A DNA stretch of 64,000 nucleotides, from NCBI GenBank assembly GCA_030167865.1, contig JALAGF010000153.1, positions 1 through 64,000 of the forward strand, in the 5' to 3' direction. This document shows, one piece after another, positions 12,419-26,000 of this stretch. The notes beneath the pieces are model-generated. The model was not told the origin of the DNA, did no database searches, and worked only from the letters and a program-made list of their open reading frames with translations. Position 1 is the stretch's first letter, and every line of letters begins with the position of its first letter. Source of the stretch: Craspedostauros australis. Its lineage: Eukaryota. A program made the translations under genes and the position numbers.

Positions 12419-13883
12419 GGTGTCAGTTGACGGATGTGAGACGTAAAAGCTTGCGGGTGGGGTGCTCTGTTCACTTGTGTTAGATCGTGGGTGTACTCTA
12501 AGATAACAGTACCTCCTTGTTCGATTGTTCGATTGCTCGATTGCTCTGCTTGTCAAGGTATGATTGTTCACCGAGGCTATGTATGAATCGAATTGAATTG
12601 AATTGAATTGTGTTGAATTGAGATGCAATGGTTTGTTGCCGTTCTTGAATAGTGGCAGGAGTACTCGTACAGGATGAGATTGTATGGTGGTTTCGTTTTG
12701 TGAGCGCGGAGGAGTGAGGATTGACTGTTCCTGCTCAGCAGTCCGCATGCAGACCCACAACTTCTGAAGCGGTTTCTCACACTGTCCGTGCCTATCTCAA
12801 CCAGTACGACTGTTGATGTGGGAGGGTGGTGTAGTGTTGTGTGGTGTGGTGTTGTGTTGTACATTCTCGACCAGTTGGGCGATACGTTTGTTGCTCGCAG
12901 AATACAGCAAGTTGTGGTTTTGTGAGCATCTTGATCCCCAGCGCCCTTTTTATCGCTGACGAACCTCCGAACCAAACCGAATCCCGCTTTGTATCAATGA
13001 CCAGCTGAGTGATCACTTATCGACTTGGAAATTCTCCGTCGATGCGAGACCTTCCTTCACAAGTTTCGCTGCCAGAAACCACAGCGCACAACCAGCGATG
13101 CAAACAATCCGTCAGACATGTTGACGGATACTTCGCTTGGTACAGGGTGAGGGTTCGGTTTTGTTTCCATTCCCCAAACACAGCGCCCGTGCCATCCTAT
13201 TGAGCGTAAAAGGCAGCAGCCAAACAGTGCGAGAAGTGACTCTCGAGGTGTACTAGCATGAGCGAGCATGGTACGATCGATGCGCATGAGCCACGTTTAC
13301 CCCAAAGTTGCAACAGTGCTCCCACATCTCGCAATCGCGCGAAGAGGACAGCACTCTTGAGCTCTTCGAATCTGAACAGCGTGAGTTGTGGTCACCCAAT
13401 CTGCTCCACTCGTCGCCATCCGCGGGATGCATCAATGAGAATCACTGTTCAGAGCAGGCCGCCCTATTTGGATTGAGGTCCTGATCCTGGATAACCGCGA
13501 GCGTGTCCAAGATGGTGTTCACGATCGGGATCATGGCAGAATGCCTCGTTGGTTGTCAATCAGAATGTCATGGCTTTGAGTTGCATGGGAGTCCGACAGA
13601 CTGCACCAGCGTTGTTTGCTGCGACTTCATATCCGTTTTCCCTCCACCTTCACACCATGTCCCCAAGTCTGTCAATGGAGCCGACACCAAGGTGAAGCTG
13701 TTGCAGACGTATTGCCAATCGTAAATTGTAAATTAATCAGCGTTCGCCGATAGATATATAAGATTCCGTGAGTGAACTTTTCTGCGCGAAAAGGGATCTC
13801 ACATCCACGTAGAGCTTCGTCACCTGCAGCGTACCTGTGCCCTTCAATGACAACACGTTTGCGGCAAGAAAGAATGGTGTCGG

Positions 13884-15182
13884 TTGTCCATTGTACCGGC
13901 CCAATCACTCGTCCACCATTTCGCCCTTCGTCCGTCGGCAATCTGCCCTCCTTCCCTTGCCTTCCTTGGGGCGGGTCTCGCAGCCACTCCCATGACACTG
14001 TGGTTTTCGCTCTCCGTCGGCATCGTAATCGCTGTTGCGCGTCGACATCATTCCAATGGCAGCGGCAGCGATCTTGGCTTCAGGTTGCCTGTCACTGCTG
14101 CCGTTCATGTTTGCGCAAATGTCGAGTAATAGATGTCTCTGCGACAGTCTGAGGATCCACAGCTTGAACGCAAAGAGGCCACCATGTATCGAACCTTTCA
14201 TCACAGTATCGCAGATACCATGGCCCGCGAACGTTGCAACTAACACTGTGAACAAAGGGCCTCCCGCAAGGTGCAAAGCAAGATCCCAGCCTTTTGGGCA
14301 ACCCGAAAGAAACTCACGAGAAACCCACCGGCAGAGAAGAGTTCAGGTCGGCAACAAAGACCTGCATATCCGTGGCCTGGGCAAGACCTCCACGGTGCCC
14401 TTCACAGTAGTGCGTATACGCACTCGTCGCATGACCACAATCTGTTGTTGGCATCATCTGCGTGGCATCGACACCCGCCACTTTCAGAACAAAGAAGGAG
14501 GGCAGCGAACAACAAGAACACGAAGCAAGAGAAGCAAAGCAGGAGGAAGAACGGCGAATCGGTTTCTGTGTGGCATGTGAGGAAAGCAATAGCTCATCAT
14601 GGCTCGTAATCGACAGCAATGTGAGGAGCTACGGCGTCGACATGAGACGAAACGGTAGTAGGCAATGATCCCTGTACCAAATGACTTCTTGGTGGGTCCA
14701 ACAAAGCGCTGAGGTCGCATTTCCCTCCTTGGTGGCACCAAAAGAAGGAGCAAAAGACCCCCAGCGAAGGATTGTGCGGCCCCTTGACACCAGTTCTGCG
14801 TCGGCCAAGGCTGATGCCTCTTCATCGAAACTCATGTTGCGCCGCTTGTCCACAACACCTCGCCAAGTTAGGCAATCTGGGGTATTTCCAAATCCAATCC
14901 CGTGGAAAGGATCGCATGAACTCCGCTCATGGGCGTCAAGCCCCTTGGCGCATGCTCGTGCGTTGCACCAGACTTGTGCCGCAACTACATGGACGTACAT
15001 GTATTCGTGTCATCCGAAACAACCAAGAACAAGATCCAAGCCAGGCAAATCAGCACGTGTGGCAATCAATCCTTCCCAATCTATTGCCGTACCTTCCGTC
15101 ACGAAGGAAAACAGCGCGCATGGGACGTATTGCACCAAGCGTAGCTCGTGCACAGCATATGTTGGCATTATGCATTGTATGA
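13884..15182 (+). pseudogene. Possible decayed paralog of the CRAL-TRIO-like/DUF6824 family
   Basis: Collinear fragments in different frames, broken by stops, resemble the 3811-6643 protein: MTLWFSLS, RLPVTAAVHVC, WHHLRGID, PVPNDFLVG, GNLGYF...DRMNSA...HGRTCIR...VWQSI. Similarity judged by eye only. Confidence 0.35.
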
Positions 15183-16453
15183 AAATAGAATAGAATAGTT
15201 TGTACCAAAATTGTCCATCGTCTGTGTTGTGGTCTAACACTTCGCGTACGAGTATGGTACATATTAAACGTACCATGCGGAAACGTAAGGGTAATACAAT
15301 ACCCGTGCGGTCCTTGCACTCTGGACCCAGGTCAATTGGAGTCGGATAGTATTGCATGCTGGCATGCCAGAACAAGATACGACAGTCTTCATCCAAACGT
15401 TGGCTGGTCGCTCGTGCTCCTCTTCTCGCGAAATTCACCCAGACCTGTCCATCTGCAGGCAAAGTGCCTCCTCTTTTGGACAATGTGGTTTCCTCCCCTT
15501 GGTAACTTGAGCGAAGAATCGTCTTCGTCCACGAGCGCGGAATGAAGGGGACGTCGACTGACTTTCTTACTTGTGCTCCATGGCGCTGTGCATGCAATCC
15601 AACGTCTCGCGATGACCACCGCGATGCTGGTTGGTGGCAGCGGATGGCACATTCTGAACAAAGTTCCTCCCCACTTGCTCTCCACACTTGTTTGGATGGA
15701 TGCGACAGGTACGGAGATGATGAAATGATGTGACGGGCATCCATAAAATGCCTTGGTGGAGCAAGCATCACACCACTACTCGCTCGAGCCACTCGGTTCA
15801 GCAAAGCGCAATGAAACCTTGGAGAAAAAGCAGGTGGAGTAGATTTTCTTCATTGCGTTTCCATGGCGTGTACTCTGGAGTACCAACGCACAATCTTCTC
15901 CGCTCGCTCTTCTCCTTCACATGCTCTTGCGAGCGTCGGCAAGCGCTTGCGCTGTCCTGGTTCAATCCCTTGATTCCTTGTTGGCTTGTTTTGTGAATAA
16001 AGTGTTTCAGAACAAGAAGCGCGCGGAGGGGTCATCCACGATTGGATAGGAGACGACGGATCTCAACAAGATCGTGTCTGGCTGACGCTGTTGGACGGAT
16101 GGGCGCACGAACGGAAATAGACCTTCGAACTTGGTCAAAAAGCGAACTGTGTTCGGTACTGTCATCGACGCGCCAGAGTTGCTTTGACATCACCGCTCTT
16201 CTCTTCTCTTTTGATGTTGTTCTTGTTGATGATCCCCCTTGTTGTGCGTTGATGTGTTGGTCGATGCGATTCGCATCATCATCATCCCAACACCACAACA
16301 CGCCACTTCCTCCTGTGTTTTCTTCTTCTGTGGTTCGATCAGCTTGCCTCCGCCGTCATCTCCATCTCATTTGTGAAAGAAATCGACAAGGGGTGCGCAT
16401 CCAGCAAGCACGATATTTGAACACAAGAGCCAGCGAATAGCATCGTCGCAGTC

Positions 16454-17558
16454 ATGAAGGCCGCCAGAGAACTACTTTCGTGCAGAAGCGAACACTTGCA
16501 TCGACGGCACATCGGCCGCTGGGCATCCTCGTTTGCGCCGTCGCAACGGGTGGTGACGGAGGTGGATGCGAGCACTGGAGTGGCGAAAGTGACGCTGAAC
16601 AGGCCGGACAAGCTGAATGCTCTCGATGTGCCCATGTTCGAGGCCATCGCCAAGACGGCAGCAGATCTGCGATCCGATCGATCGTTGCGAGCCGTCATCC
16701 TCAGTGGCAATGGTCGCGCCTTCAGCTCCGGTTTGGATGTGGTAAGTGTTTGGACCGTCCTCGCCATGTTGCTACACAATTGACGCCGTATTTCGCTCCA
16801 TATCATATCGCAGCCAATGCACTGAACCACTGATGCCCCAATCTACATCCATTGTTCCAACCTCTTCCAACTCGTCCACCGCTTCCACTTCCCTCACGTT
16901 GCAGAAATCGCTGATGAACCAACCTCAAGAATTCTCGAAGGTAACGCAGAAACTGCTGACGAGACCGTCGACGTACGGCGTGGAGGGCAACGAGATTGGC
17001 AACCTCGCGCAGGACGCCGGATACTTGTGGCGAGAGCTGCCAGTTCCCGTTATCGGCGTGCTGCATGGTATCTGCTTCGGCGGGGGCTTGCAGATTGCGT
17101 TGGGTGCCGACATGCGATACGCAGCGGAAGATTGTCAATTTTCCATCATGGAGGGCAAGTACGGTCTGATCCCCGACATGGGAATCACGGTGGCATTGAG
17201 AGAAGTCATGAACATCGACCAAGCGAAGGAGCTGACGTACACAGGTCGCATCGTGACAGGCGAAGAGGCGACGCAGATGGGATTGATCACTCGCGTCTGC
17301 GAAGATCCCATGAAAGAGGCGGAGGCGGTTGCGAAGGTCATTGCGGGGCGATCGCCGGATGCAATGGCCTGCGCCAAGCATCTGTACCAATCGACATGGA
17401 GGACGGGTATGGAAGAGAAGGATTGCCTTGAGATGGAGAGCGAAATGCAGCACAAGCTGCTGATTTCGTGGAATCAAGTTGCAGCTTCGAGTCGTTCGTT
17501 TGGTTGGAAGGTTCCGTACACGAAACGCAAGGATGGTAGCTTCCCTAAAGCTGCATGA
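16454..17558 (+). CDS. Enoyl-CoA hydratase/isomerase (crotonase) family protein, probably mitochondrial, about 313 aa; exons 16454-16741, 16905-17558
   Basis: VTLNRPDKLNAL, LSGNGRAFSSGLD, PVIGVLHGICFGGGLQIALGADMR, MEGKYGLIPD. Arg/Ser-rich N-terminus; phase-0 GTAAGT...GCAG intron. Confidence 0.92.
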
Positions 17559-17748
17559 TGCTATGTGGGACTACTCTAGGACTCGTACAACTACATGTTC
17601 CGGAACAGGCATTCGTGTACTCGAACACATGTTATGTTCAGGGCGTGAGGGAGGACGATGCTTTGTCAAATACAAGTGGAGAAGAGCACGTTCACGGCAC
17701 GACTACGCGTGCGCATTACTGTTTCAATCCCTCGTTGCTCAATGTGAT

Positions 17749-19446
17749 TTACTTCATCTTACGGTCGATATTTTCGAGCAGATTCACCAACCTATCCAGC
17801 TTGTCGCTGTTATTGCGAACCCTCTCCTCCAAGGCACTCAACCTCGTCTGAAATTGCTGGTCATGCCTGACAGCGGCACCGCCGACAAACCCCATGCCTT
17901 GAATCTGAACTGCGTTCGTTGCATTTTGCTGCTGCTGCTGTTGCTGCTGCTGAACGAGGCTTATGAATTCCTGCAATGAGATGTTGCCCGAGCCATCAGC
18001 ATCCGCGGCTGCGAACTTCGCCAAGAGATGTTTCATCGCTATGTTGCCATGGTCGTCGTCATCATCATCGTCATCGTCCTCCGAATCTTCGCCCGCAATA
18101 ATCTTTTGGTATTCCTCGTCTGTCGAGTAATCCAACGTGGAATCGGACCAGTTGTCGTCATCGTCGTTGTCGTTGGTTTCGCTTGTCGCATTGTTGTTGG
18201 CGTCGTTGTTCCTCCTGGACATGGCCCTGGCACGTTTGGCGCAGCGTTCCGCCTCGGCTTCGAATCCCCACGTGAGCATGGAGGCTGGGATGGCGAACAT
18301 TCCGATGGAGAACGCTCCGGTGAGCAAGACGACGCCTTTCGTGTACCATGGCAAATCGCCAGATGGCCCGCCCTGCCCCGTCAGCATGAGCGTTGACAGG
18401 TACATGGTGGCCGCGATCGACTGGAAGTCTGTCCATCGCAGTAGTGGTGGTTCATGTTTTTCGCATGCGGTGCAAACATCAATTTGTAACACGAGAGAGA
18501 GAGAGAGAGAGAAAGTCAAGTTGAAGTGAGCGGCGACGCGAATGCAGCCACATCATCGAATACTAAGTGCACCACATTGCGCTGCTCCCAGACATTCATA
18601 TCACACGAACACACTGCGCGCAGATTCGTACGTACCGGCCGCGTCGTCGGGATCCTGCGGTCGCAGATAGTACATGAGGACACCCGTGAAGACGATGAGA
18701 AAGACGCACAGCAGAAACGCCACATAGAGGATCTGTCGGTTGTAGTACATGACGCGCCACACGGCATTCGTCGCGGCGATCATGCCATTCGTCTTGAGGA
18801 TGCGCAGCAATCGGAAGGATCGCAGGTAGGTCAGCGTCGGCAGATCCCATCCCGTGAGCAATTCCACGAAGAACGGCAACGTGGCGAACATGTCGAGGAT
18901 GCTGGCGAACGTGGTCATGTAGGCCAAGCGGCCCGAGCGGGCTGCGCTGTACTTCTTGCTCTCGACGACCGTGAGCACGCGCGCGAGGAGCTCTACGAGG
19001 AAGATGGTGGACGTGACGGCTTCGGCCGTGATGAAGAAGGCCTTCTGCTGCTGCGTGATGCCGGGCTCCGTGGAGATGATGAAGATGAGCAGATCGATCG
19101 TGATGACAGCCGTGATGAACCATTTGAAGATGACGGCCTGCGCGGCCTTGGAACGTGGATTCAGCATCGTGTAAAGCCACGATTTCGGTTTCTTGCGCGA
19201 TGCCACGGCGTGCAGCTGCCCCGCCTTGTGGTTTGCGGGGAAGATCTCATTGAAGATGGGGCGCGAGCGCTTGTTGCTGTTGCTCTTGGCACGGGCAGCG
19301 GTCGCTCGATTCATGCCATTGGCAGCAGTTGCGTGCGTCTGGTATGCAGGCATGCCATCGCTTGGTTGCAGCAACGGGTCAGAACGTGTGCCATTGCCGC
19401 CATTGCCACCGTTGCCGCCGGTCTCGTACATAGATCCATACATCAT
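17749..19446 (-). CDS. 6-TM voltage-gated (Kv-like) cation channel with a TGQG pore motif, C-terminal EF-hand and coiled coil, about 496 aa; exons 19446-18636, 18428-17749
   Basis: S1-S3 hydrophobic helices; S4 LRSFRLLRILK; pore FQSIAATMYLSTLMLTGQGG; S6; EF-hand DADGSGNISLQE. A phase-1 intron joins the frames. Confidence 0.85.
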
Positions 19447-19482
19447 GTCACGAATGGTCCCTTGTGTTGAACAAGGGTGGAT

Positions 19483-19512
19483 GTGCAGGTGCAGGTGCAG
19501 GTGCAGGTGCAA
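19483..19512. repeat. (GTGCAG)n hexamer microsatellite just upstream of the channel start codon
   Basis: GTGCAG x4 followed by GTGCAA. Confidence 0.85.
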
Positions 19513-20090
19513 GTGAGAGTGCAAGTGAAAATGAAATGAAGGGATTGGTTGTCCCCAGAGAACTGTGTTGTTGGGTGATCCTTCGCCAAAGATCCAATGT
19601 TCGGCATCCGACGAGTCTAGCGCTTTGTAAATCATTGATGCGTAATTAATGAGTGAAATCGTGGCAAATACTGTTGGCAGACAGGTGTCAACAGTTCCTT
19701 GCCGTATTTCCACACAATTTTGCAATTGCGCTACCCTTCAAAATCCAACTTTTTCCGCCCAACACAAACGAGAGGAGAGAGAAACACAAGGAGCAGCCAC
19801 AAGTTGCCGCCAACACAAGGTCCCACTCTTGGTGAAGCCTCCTCTTCACACTCGTACAATACTCGTATTATAATACCCATGAGCATACGACCTACTGTAG
19901 ATAGTGTCTTATGCAATCGAATGTGCATGTCCGTATGCGTGGGGTCTTCTGCGAGATGGTGATGGATTCGGAGCTGATCGTTGCGTGTCGTGATACTCTG
20001 TAGAGTAGTGCACACAACAGCAACCACTTTCACCTCTCGACTTGTCCACCTCCTCTCTAGTCAAATCACCGTACCACGCTCTCGTCAAAC

Positions 20091-23000
20091 ATGGAGGACG
20101 ACCCATGGGCATGCGTGGCGGCGCAGTCCGCTTCGTCTTCTGCTGCCATCCATGACACAGACGCCGCTGCTCCTCGCGAGATCGCTCCGGATGATGGCAA
20201 TGCTGCAACGCGGCCATTCTCGGACGAAACTCCACAGATCCAACGCCAGATTCTGCTGCAGGACCGCTTCTGTTCTGTGCTGAATGTGGTCATCGATCAC
20301 TCCATGGAGGACCCGACGAGTTTGGAGCCGATGGAGCTCAATCTCAACCACAGTCCAGCAGCAGGGTCTGCGCATCCGCATCAAACCATGGCCAACGAAT
20401 CTACGCAGGAACACACACCCACGCCGCAGCCAACAGCACCCATCAAGGTCCCGGTCATTCGCATCTTCGGACCACTGCACAGGGGCGCGAACGCCCGCAC
20501 CCCGCCCAAACAAAGCGCGTGCCTGTACATCCACGGTGCATACCCCTACCTCCTGGCACGGCCCAGAGCTGCGGGCCCCGACGGATCCTACCTGGGACGA
20601 CCGTGCAGCGGTCACGTCGATTGGGATTGCAGCGAATCCGTCCAAGATGTGGCGCATAAGTTGGGCGACACGTTGGAATCGGCATTGCAGTCGATGGACG
20701 CGGACGATAGCAACAGCAAACGCAAAAAGACAGCGAACCGCATCATCCGCCAAGTGTCCGTCGTGTGCGGCCGAGGCTTTTACACCTTCTGTCCTGGCCC
20801 GCCGGCGCCATTCCTGCGCATCGAGTATTACGATCCCAAACTGCGATGGAAGATCAAATGGATGCTCGAAAAGGGAATCGAGGTGCCGATGTCGTTCCAT
20901 CCCGACCCGCATCAATACGCGCACGATGCAACCGAACTGTTGCGATTCCATTGCTACGAGGCGCACATCCCGTACACGATGCAGTTCTTCAAGGATTGGA
21001 ATCTGGCCGGCATGTCGTACATTCATCTCAAGGGCGCCACGTTGCGTGGACCTTTGCCAACCAACATCAAGCGCATCATTCCGTCAACGCGGCCAATCAA
21101 GCAGAACGCGGTGGATCCAGCGACGGCAGCGACCTGCTTTCTCGAAGCGAACACGTCTCGCGAGCACATGTGGGAATCCACGCCTCGCAGAACAGATCAC
21201 GTGACACAGCCTCGCATCCCACCCAAACGAACAAGCTGCGACATTGAGCTCGACTGCACCGTGCACGACATCCTCAATGTGGACGAAGTCATCACGGAGA
21301 TGCCAAGCCAGGATCGCGACGAGATCCAATGGCGCGCGGTGCCCAGCTTGCGCACGATCTGGCGACAGGAACGACAGCGCATGGCGAGACTGCTGCCACC
21401 GCAGCATGACTTTCTCCGTCGGTCCGATGCTTCATGCTTCACTCTCAAGGAATCGAGGTCTGGCACACAGTTGGCGACGCGGGGGATGCGGAATCTCATC
21501 GCTGCGACGCCAGGTTTGCAGGACGAGTTCGATCGAAGCCTCCAGCAGATCGTGGAGAGGCATCGATTCGCGGGACAATCAAAGGGCAAGGCTGTGCCAA
21601 CAACGAAACAAGTCAACTCTGAAATACTGACAAGCACGAGCAAGCCAGAAGCGAACGAGCACAAGACTTTCAAGACGAAATCGCTGGCTTGTCTCCCTTG
21701 CCTAACTCCGACAGTGGAAGAGACCATGGAAACGTTGGGCGCCTTGGGCGATCAGTTTGAAATTCCCGCGAATCGGCAGATCGGCTCACCCAGCTCGCGA
21801 ACGAATCATCGTTCTCAAGACGAGAGAGAGTCTGTTGTGAGTGGGTTGCACTTGGCAACTTCGCAATCCACAACCCAATCAATCGAAACGATCGCGCTTG
21901 ACGACGGCGACGAAGATACTTCTATCAACCAGCAGCAGGAACAGCAGCAGCAGCAGCTTGACTCGGATCCGGAGATATATAGCCAACGGATCGATCGTGG
22001 CGATAAGGTGGTGAGCAGCCAGCTCGAGGATATCGAAGAGCTCATCGACCCAGAAACGTTGCTCCCCTTCGAAACGATCTTCCTTGGAACCGATCATTGC
22101 CGTGCAATCGTTGCGCATCCTGAAACAACGGAGACCATTAAGGTGTGTGGAGGACCTGCGGACAGCTGTAGCCATCTGCATCGTGCGGCAAGCAAGGCCA
22201 AACCGGGTTTCTACAAAACTGTGTCGGATGGATTTCGTGTGGACGGCATTCTTGAACATGGAAGTCGAAAGGGAAGCCAAGAAGATCATGGTGGGAATAC
22301 ACATCCCCACAGTCATCCAAGTGCAATAAGGCACGGCCAAGATGACGACCACGACAACGACGACGAAAACGAGCTGGATGTACAAGCGTTCGAGGGCATG
22401 CTGTCCAATCTTGCCACACAGATGGAACACGATGATGAAGGCAAGCACACTTTGCGGATGGAAACAGAAATGACGCAAACCATGGATCAGAGCAATCATG
22501 TGCTGCCACAGACACAGAATCTGCGGGCAGATCCTTTGCTCGATCCTCATCAATCGTCTGAAGAAGACGGCGACGATGAATCTATTCCAGGTTCAGCTTC
22601 AGACGATGGTGCCACTTCGATACTGCATGTTGCCACTTCGATGCACACTTCTGTGAAGACTCCTGCGAAGACGAGACAAGACAATACTTGTAACAGAGAC
22701 GGAACTACGCCCAATCATGATGACCTGCGCGCCGTGCAAGCCAGCAAGCTACCGTGGAGAGGATATGGCCGTTTTGTGCCAACTTCGTGCCCACCGGTGA
22801 GAAGCAAAGGTGGAGCAAATGGAAGCATGCCACCAACGCACCACGATCGCGACGAAAGGAATCGACATGAGAATACCGAGGCAGATCATCGACTGGCATC
22901 GCCTGCTCACGTACGAACCTACCTGATGGATCGATCGGAAAATACAAATCCTCGCACTGCCCGCAACGGCGAGCATTGGCAACAGCCAACAATCCCCAAA

Positions 23001-26000
23001 GACGGTGCCTACGTTGGCACAACTAGTTTGCCACCGACCAGGGGCATGGTGAACTACTTGGCTCGCAGGTCGCGGAAGCGCAACAACCGCGGCAACAACG
23101 ATAACGGCAACCCAAAACGCGACAGGGATGGATTCAGATGCAAGAACAACGCCAACAGTGAAAATCATCGCAATTCCAAAAAGCCTCGGCTTGCTCGTTC
23201 GCTGCTGCCCGGCACAGCTGCATCAGAAGTCAAGACTCGGACTGGCATCGATACAAGTGATGCCAGGATGGTCGTCACCGCAAAACCAACAGCGCGTCCC
23301 GCGCAGCATGCATCGGTTCCATTGAAGAACGTTGAGGAAGTTGCTTGGGATTCGACTCAGGTACCTCTGACTCCATCGCAACTCACACAGCCAGTTGGAG
23401 ATGTCGATGATCAAGACGTATCGTATTCACAACGCATTGCAACCGTCCACAACCCAAAAACTACAACCAAGACGAGCGACAGCACATTCTCGACGCGTCC
23501 AAAAACAGCAGCATCAGTGGAGAAAGCACAATCCAATGAAGCCTTGGATGGTGGGACATCGAGCCATGATGCCCTCGTCGGCATTGGCAGCATTGGCGGA
23601 AGAATACACATCCAAGGAGGTGGCGGACTCAAGGCAAAAACAAAGCAATCGCAGGACTCGTCCAGCGGTGGCAGCGCTGCGGTGCGTCCGAACGTGTCCA
23701 GCATCCCGACACCCGTGACTGCCATGTCCATCGAGATCCACATCCAATGTCGCAGCGGCGAGTCTCGACTGGATGCCAGGAAGATCGCGATGGTCCCAAA
23801 CCCCGGAAAAGATCGCATTGTAGCAATAGCCTTCGTCTTTGCAATCGATCCAGGGGGTGGCGAAGCGTTGAAGGTGCTGCAACGTGGTCTCCTGTTCATT
23901 CCGCTCGAAGGCGATGCGCGATCTCGTCAAGAACAGGCGACACAAGTGAAGATGAGCATGCCCCGCATTTCCATGGATATCTCATCGCCACTGCTGATCG
24001 AATGTCTGAGTGACGAGAAGGCACTGCTGCTACGGTTGGCATCCATCGTGCGCATGCGAGATCCTGACATGATGCTGAGCTGGGATCCTCAGGCGCTCGG
24101 TCTGGGATATCTGATCGAACGGGCAGCAATGTTGGGAACGCCCGATGGTGGAGGAGACGATAGACGTGGAGCCGCCAGTCCTGATTTGCCCGGGATCGAT
24201 ATGGTCCGATTGCTTGGTAGGACTCCCAACGCGAAAGACGGAAGGGGTTTCATGACGAAGACTGGTCTATCGAAGCTTCAGTCTCCAGACGATGCCACAA
24301 AATCACCGTTGGATGCACAACTCGTCACCCACAAGGTGCACAACTGGGCCGGGAGTGGCCTTGGGGGTGATTGGGATGAACGCGTGGGAGCAGGTGCTGC
24401 GGCGGCGTCAATTGTGAGTGCCGCTATCTGATTGTACCTATGGAATGGTCGCATATGCCTTTGTTTGCGGGAGCATGTTCCCACGCCTACCAATGTCACG
24501 ACGGGACAGTCTCCTCAACACAATCTCTGCCATTTGATCTGGACGCACCACTCACCTTGAATGCAATGCAATGCAACGCCATACTTGCGTGTGTACCGTA
24601 CAGGCTGGGAGACTCGTGTTTGCAGGTTGGAAGATCATCGCGGAAGAAGTGAAGCATCCCAACGTATCCTACCAACCAGCGGTTGTCGCAGCTGTCCTCG
24701 CACGACGCATCCCGCACCATGATGATTTGATGCTGACTCGATGGTACGCAGAGTCTGACGGGAAGGACAGGTGGAGGGTTCTGAACCATCGGCTGATCCA
24801 GGCCACGTCGACGTTGCTTCTGTTCGATGCACTCGACATCATCGGCCGAGCAGGAGAAGCTTCCCGTCTCAGCGGCGTGGAGTTTTCGCAAAGCTTCCCA
24901 GGCATTCGCGGAAGCCAGTACAAGGTCGAAGGAGTGCTGCTGCGTGCGTTGCAGAGTCTGCGATCAGACGAACGAGGTGCGAAGAAAGGCGTTCGTGCGT
25001 GTCCACCACCGCTCGATGGATCAGCGACTGATCCGTGCACATCAGGAGACACGTTGACGCCGAACAGCCCTGCTGACCGGAAGAAATCGCAGTCCCAAAG
25101 TCCCTGGAAATTGAGACGTGGCTACACTCGCAATAGGAAGGACGAGCAGGTGGAGAGCGATCCCGATCGTAATTCGCAAGCGCGGCAGTACTTCTTCTTC
25201 TTCTCGCCATCGATGGAGGATACCAACAAACAAGAGGCGTTGGAGGTGCAGGCGCTGACACTCGAGCCGCAATCCGCGCACTACAAGGAGCCTGTTGTCG
25301 TGTGCGATTTCACAGCTCTATACCCTTCTCTGGTGATCGCATACAACCTCTGCTACTCGACGTGTGCTGGCAAATTAGAGTACCACAGCACGAGGCGCGA
25401 AATGCGCGTGCAGGGCCGAACCACAGGACAGGTGGGGCCATTTGCGTACCCGGAATTGAAGACAGCAACAGTGTTGAAGGATCACATCAAATCCAAGCAA
25501 CAGTCCAACATGAAAGGTAGCGGTTCAAAAAAGACGAAGCACCATCATGACCGATGCTACGTATCACCGACGGGATCAATCTATGTTGGCGAATCAGTCC
25601 TGAAGGGCGTTCTGCCGCAAGTGCTTGATGAAATGCTGACAACAAGAGCAATGCTAAAGAAGGCATCCAAGGAGTACAAAAAGCGGCTCCCTGACATTTC
25701 GCCTGCGGTGCTTCGACAGTTGGAAGCTCGGCAGCTGGCGCTGAAGTACGTTGCCAACGTCACTTACGGTAAGTGGATTACGACTCAACTCGCATGGAAA
25801 TCGTACTGGTGCCATTTGTGTCGTGGCATGAAGCTTCTTCGATGACCACAATCACTCACTATCATTCACAATCATCTAAAAACCGCCTGCTCCAGGCTAT
25901 ACAAGCGCCACGTTCAGCGGAAGATGCGCAATGCCGTTGCTGGCAGACACTATCGTTGAATGTGGCAGGAAGACGCTGCGGCGAGCAATTGACCTCGCGA

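Noticed and set aside
12591-12620. Simple microsatellites: (AATTG)n here, (GA)n at about 18493, (CAAAC)n at about 59342, (GTGTGGAT)n at about 10243
   Set aside because: Ordinary intronic or UTR simple repeats with no further structure
12419-12760. N-terminal extensions given by the ORF track for several genes (also 19447-19725, 30401-30967, 41230-41433, 52931-53407)
   Set aside because: They mostly rely on GTG/TTG starts or run through microsatellite-rich UTR-like sequence; eukaryotic ATG starts were preferred
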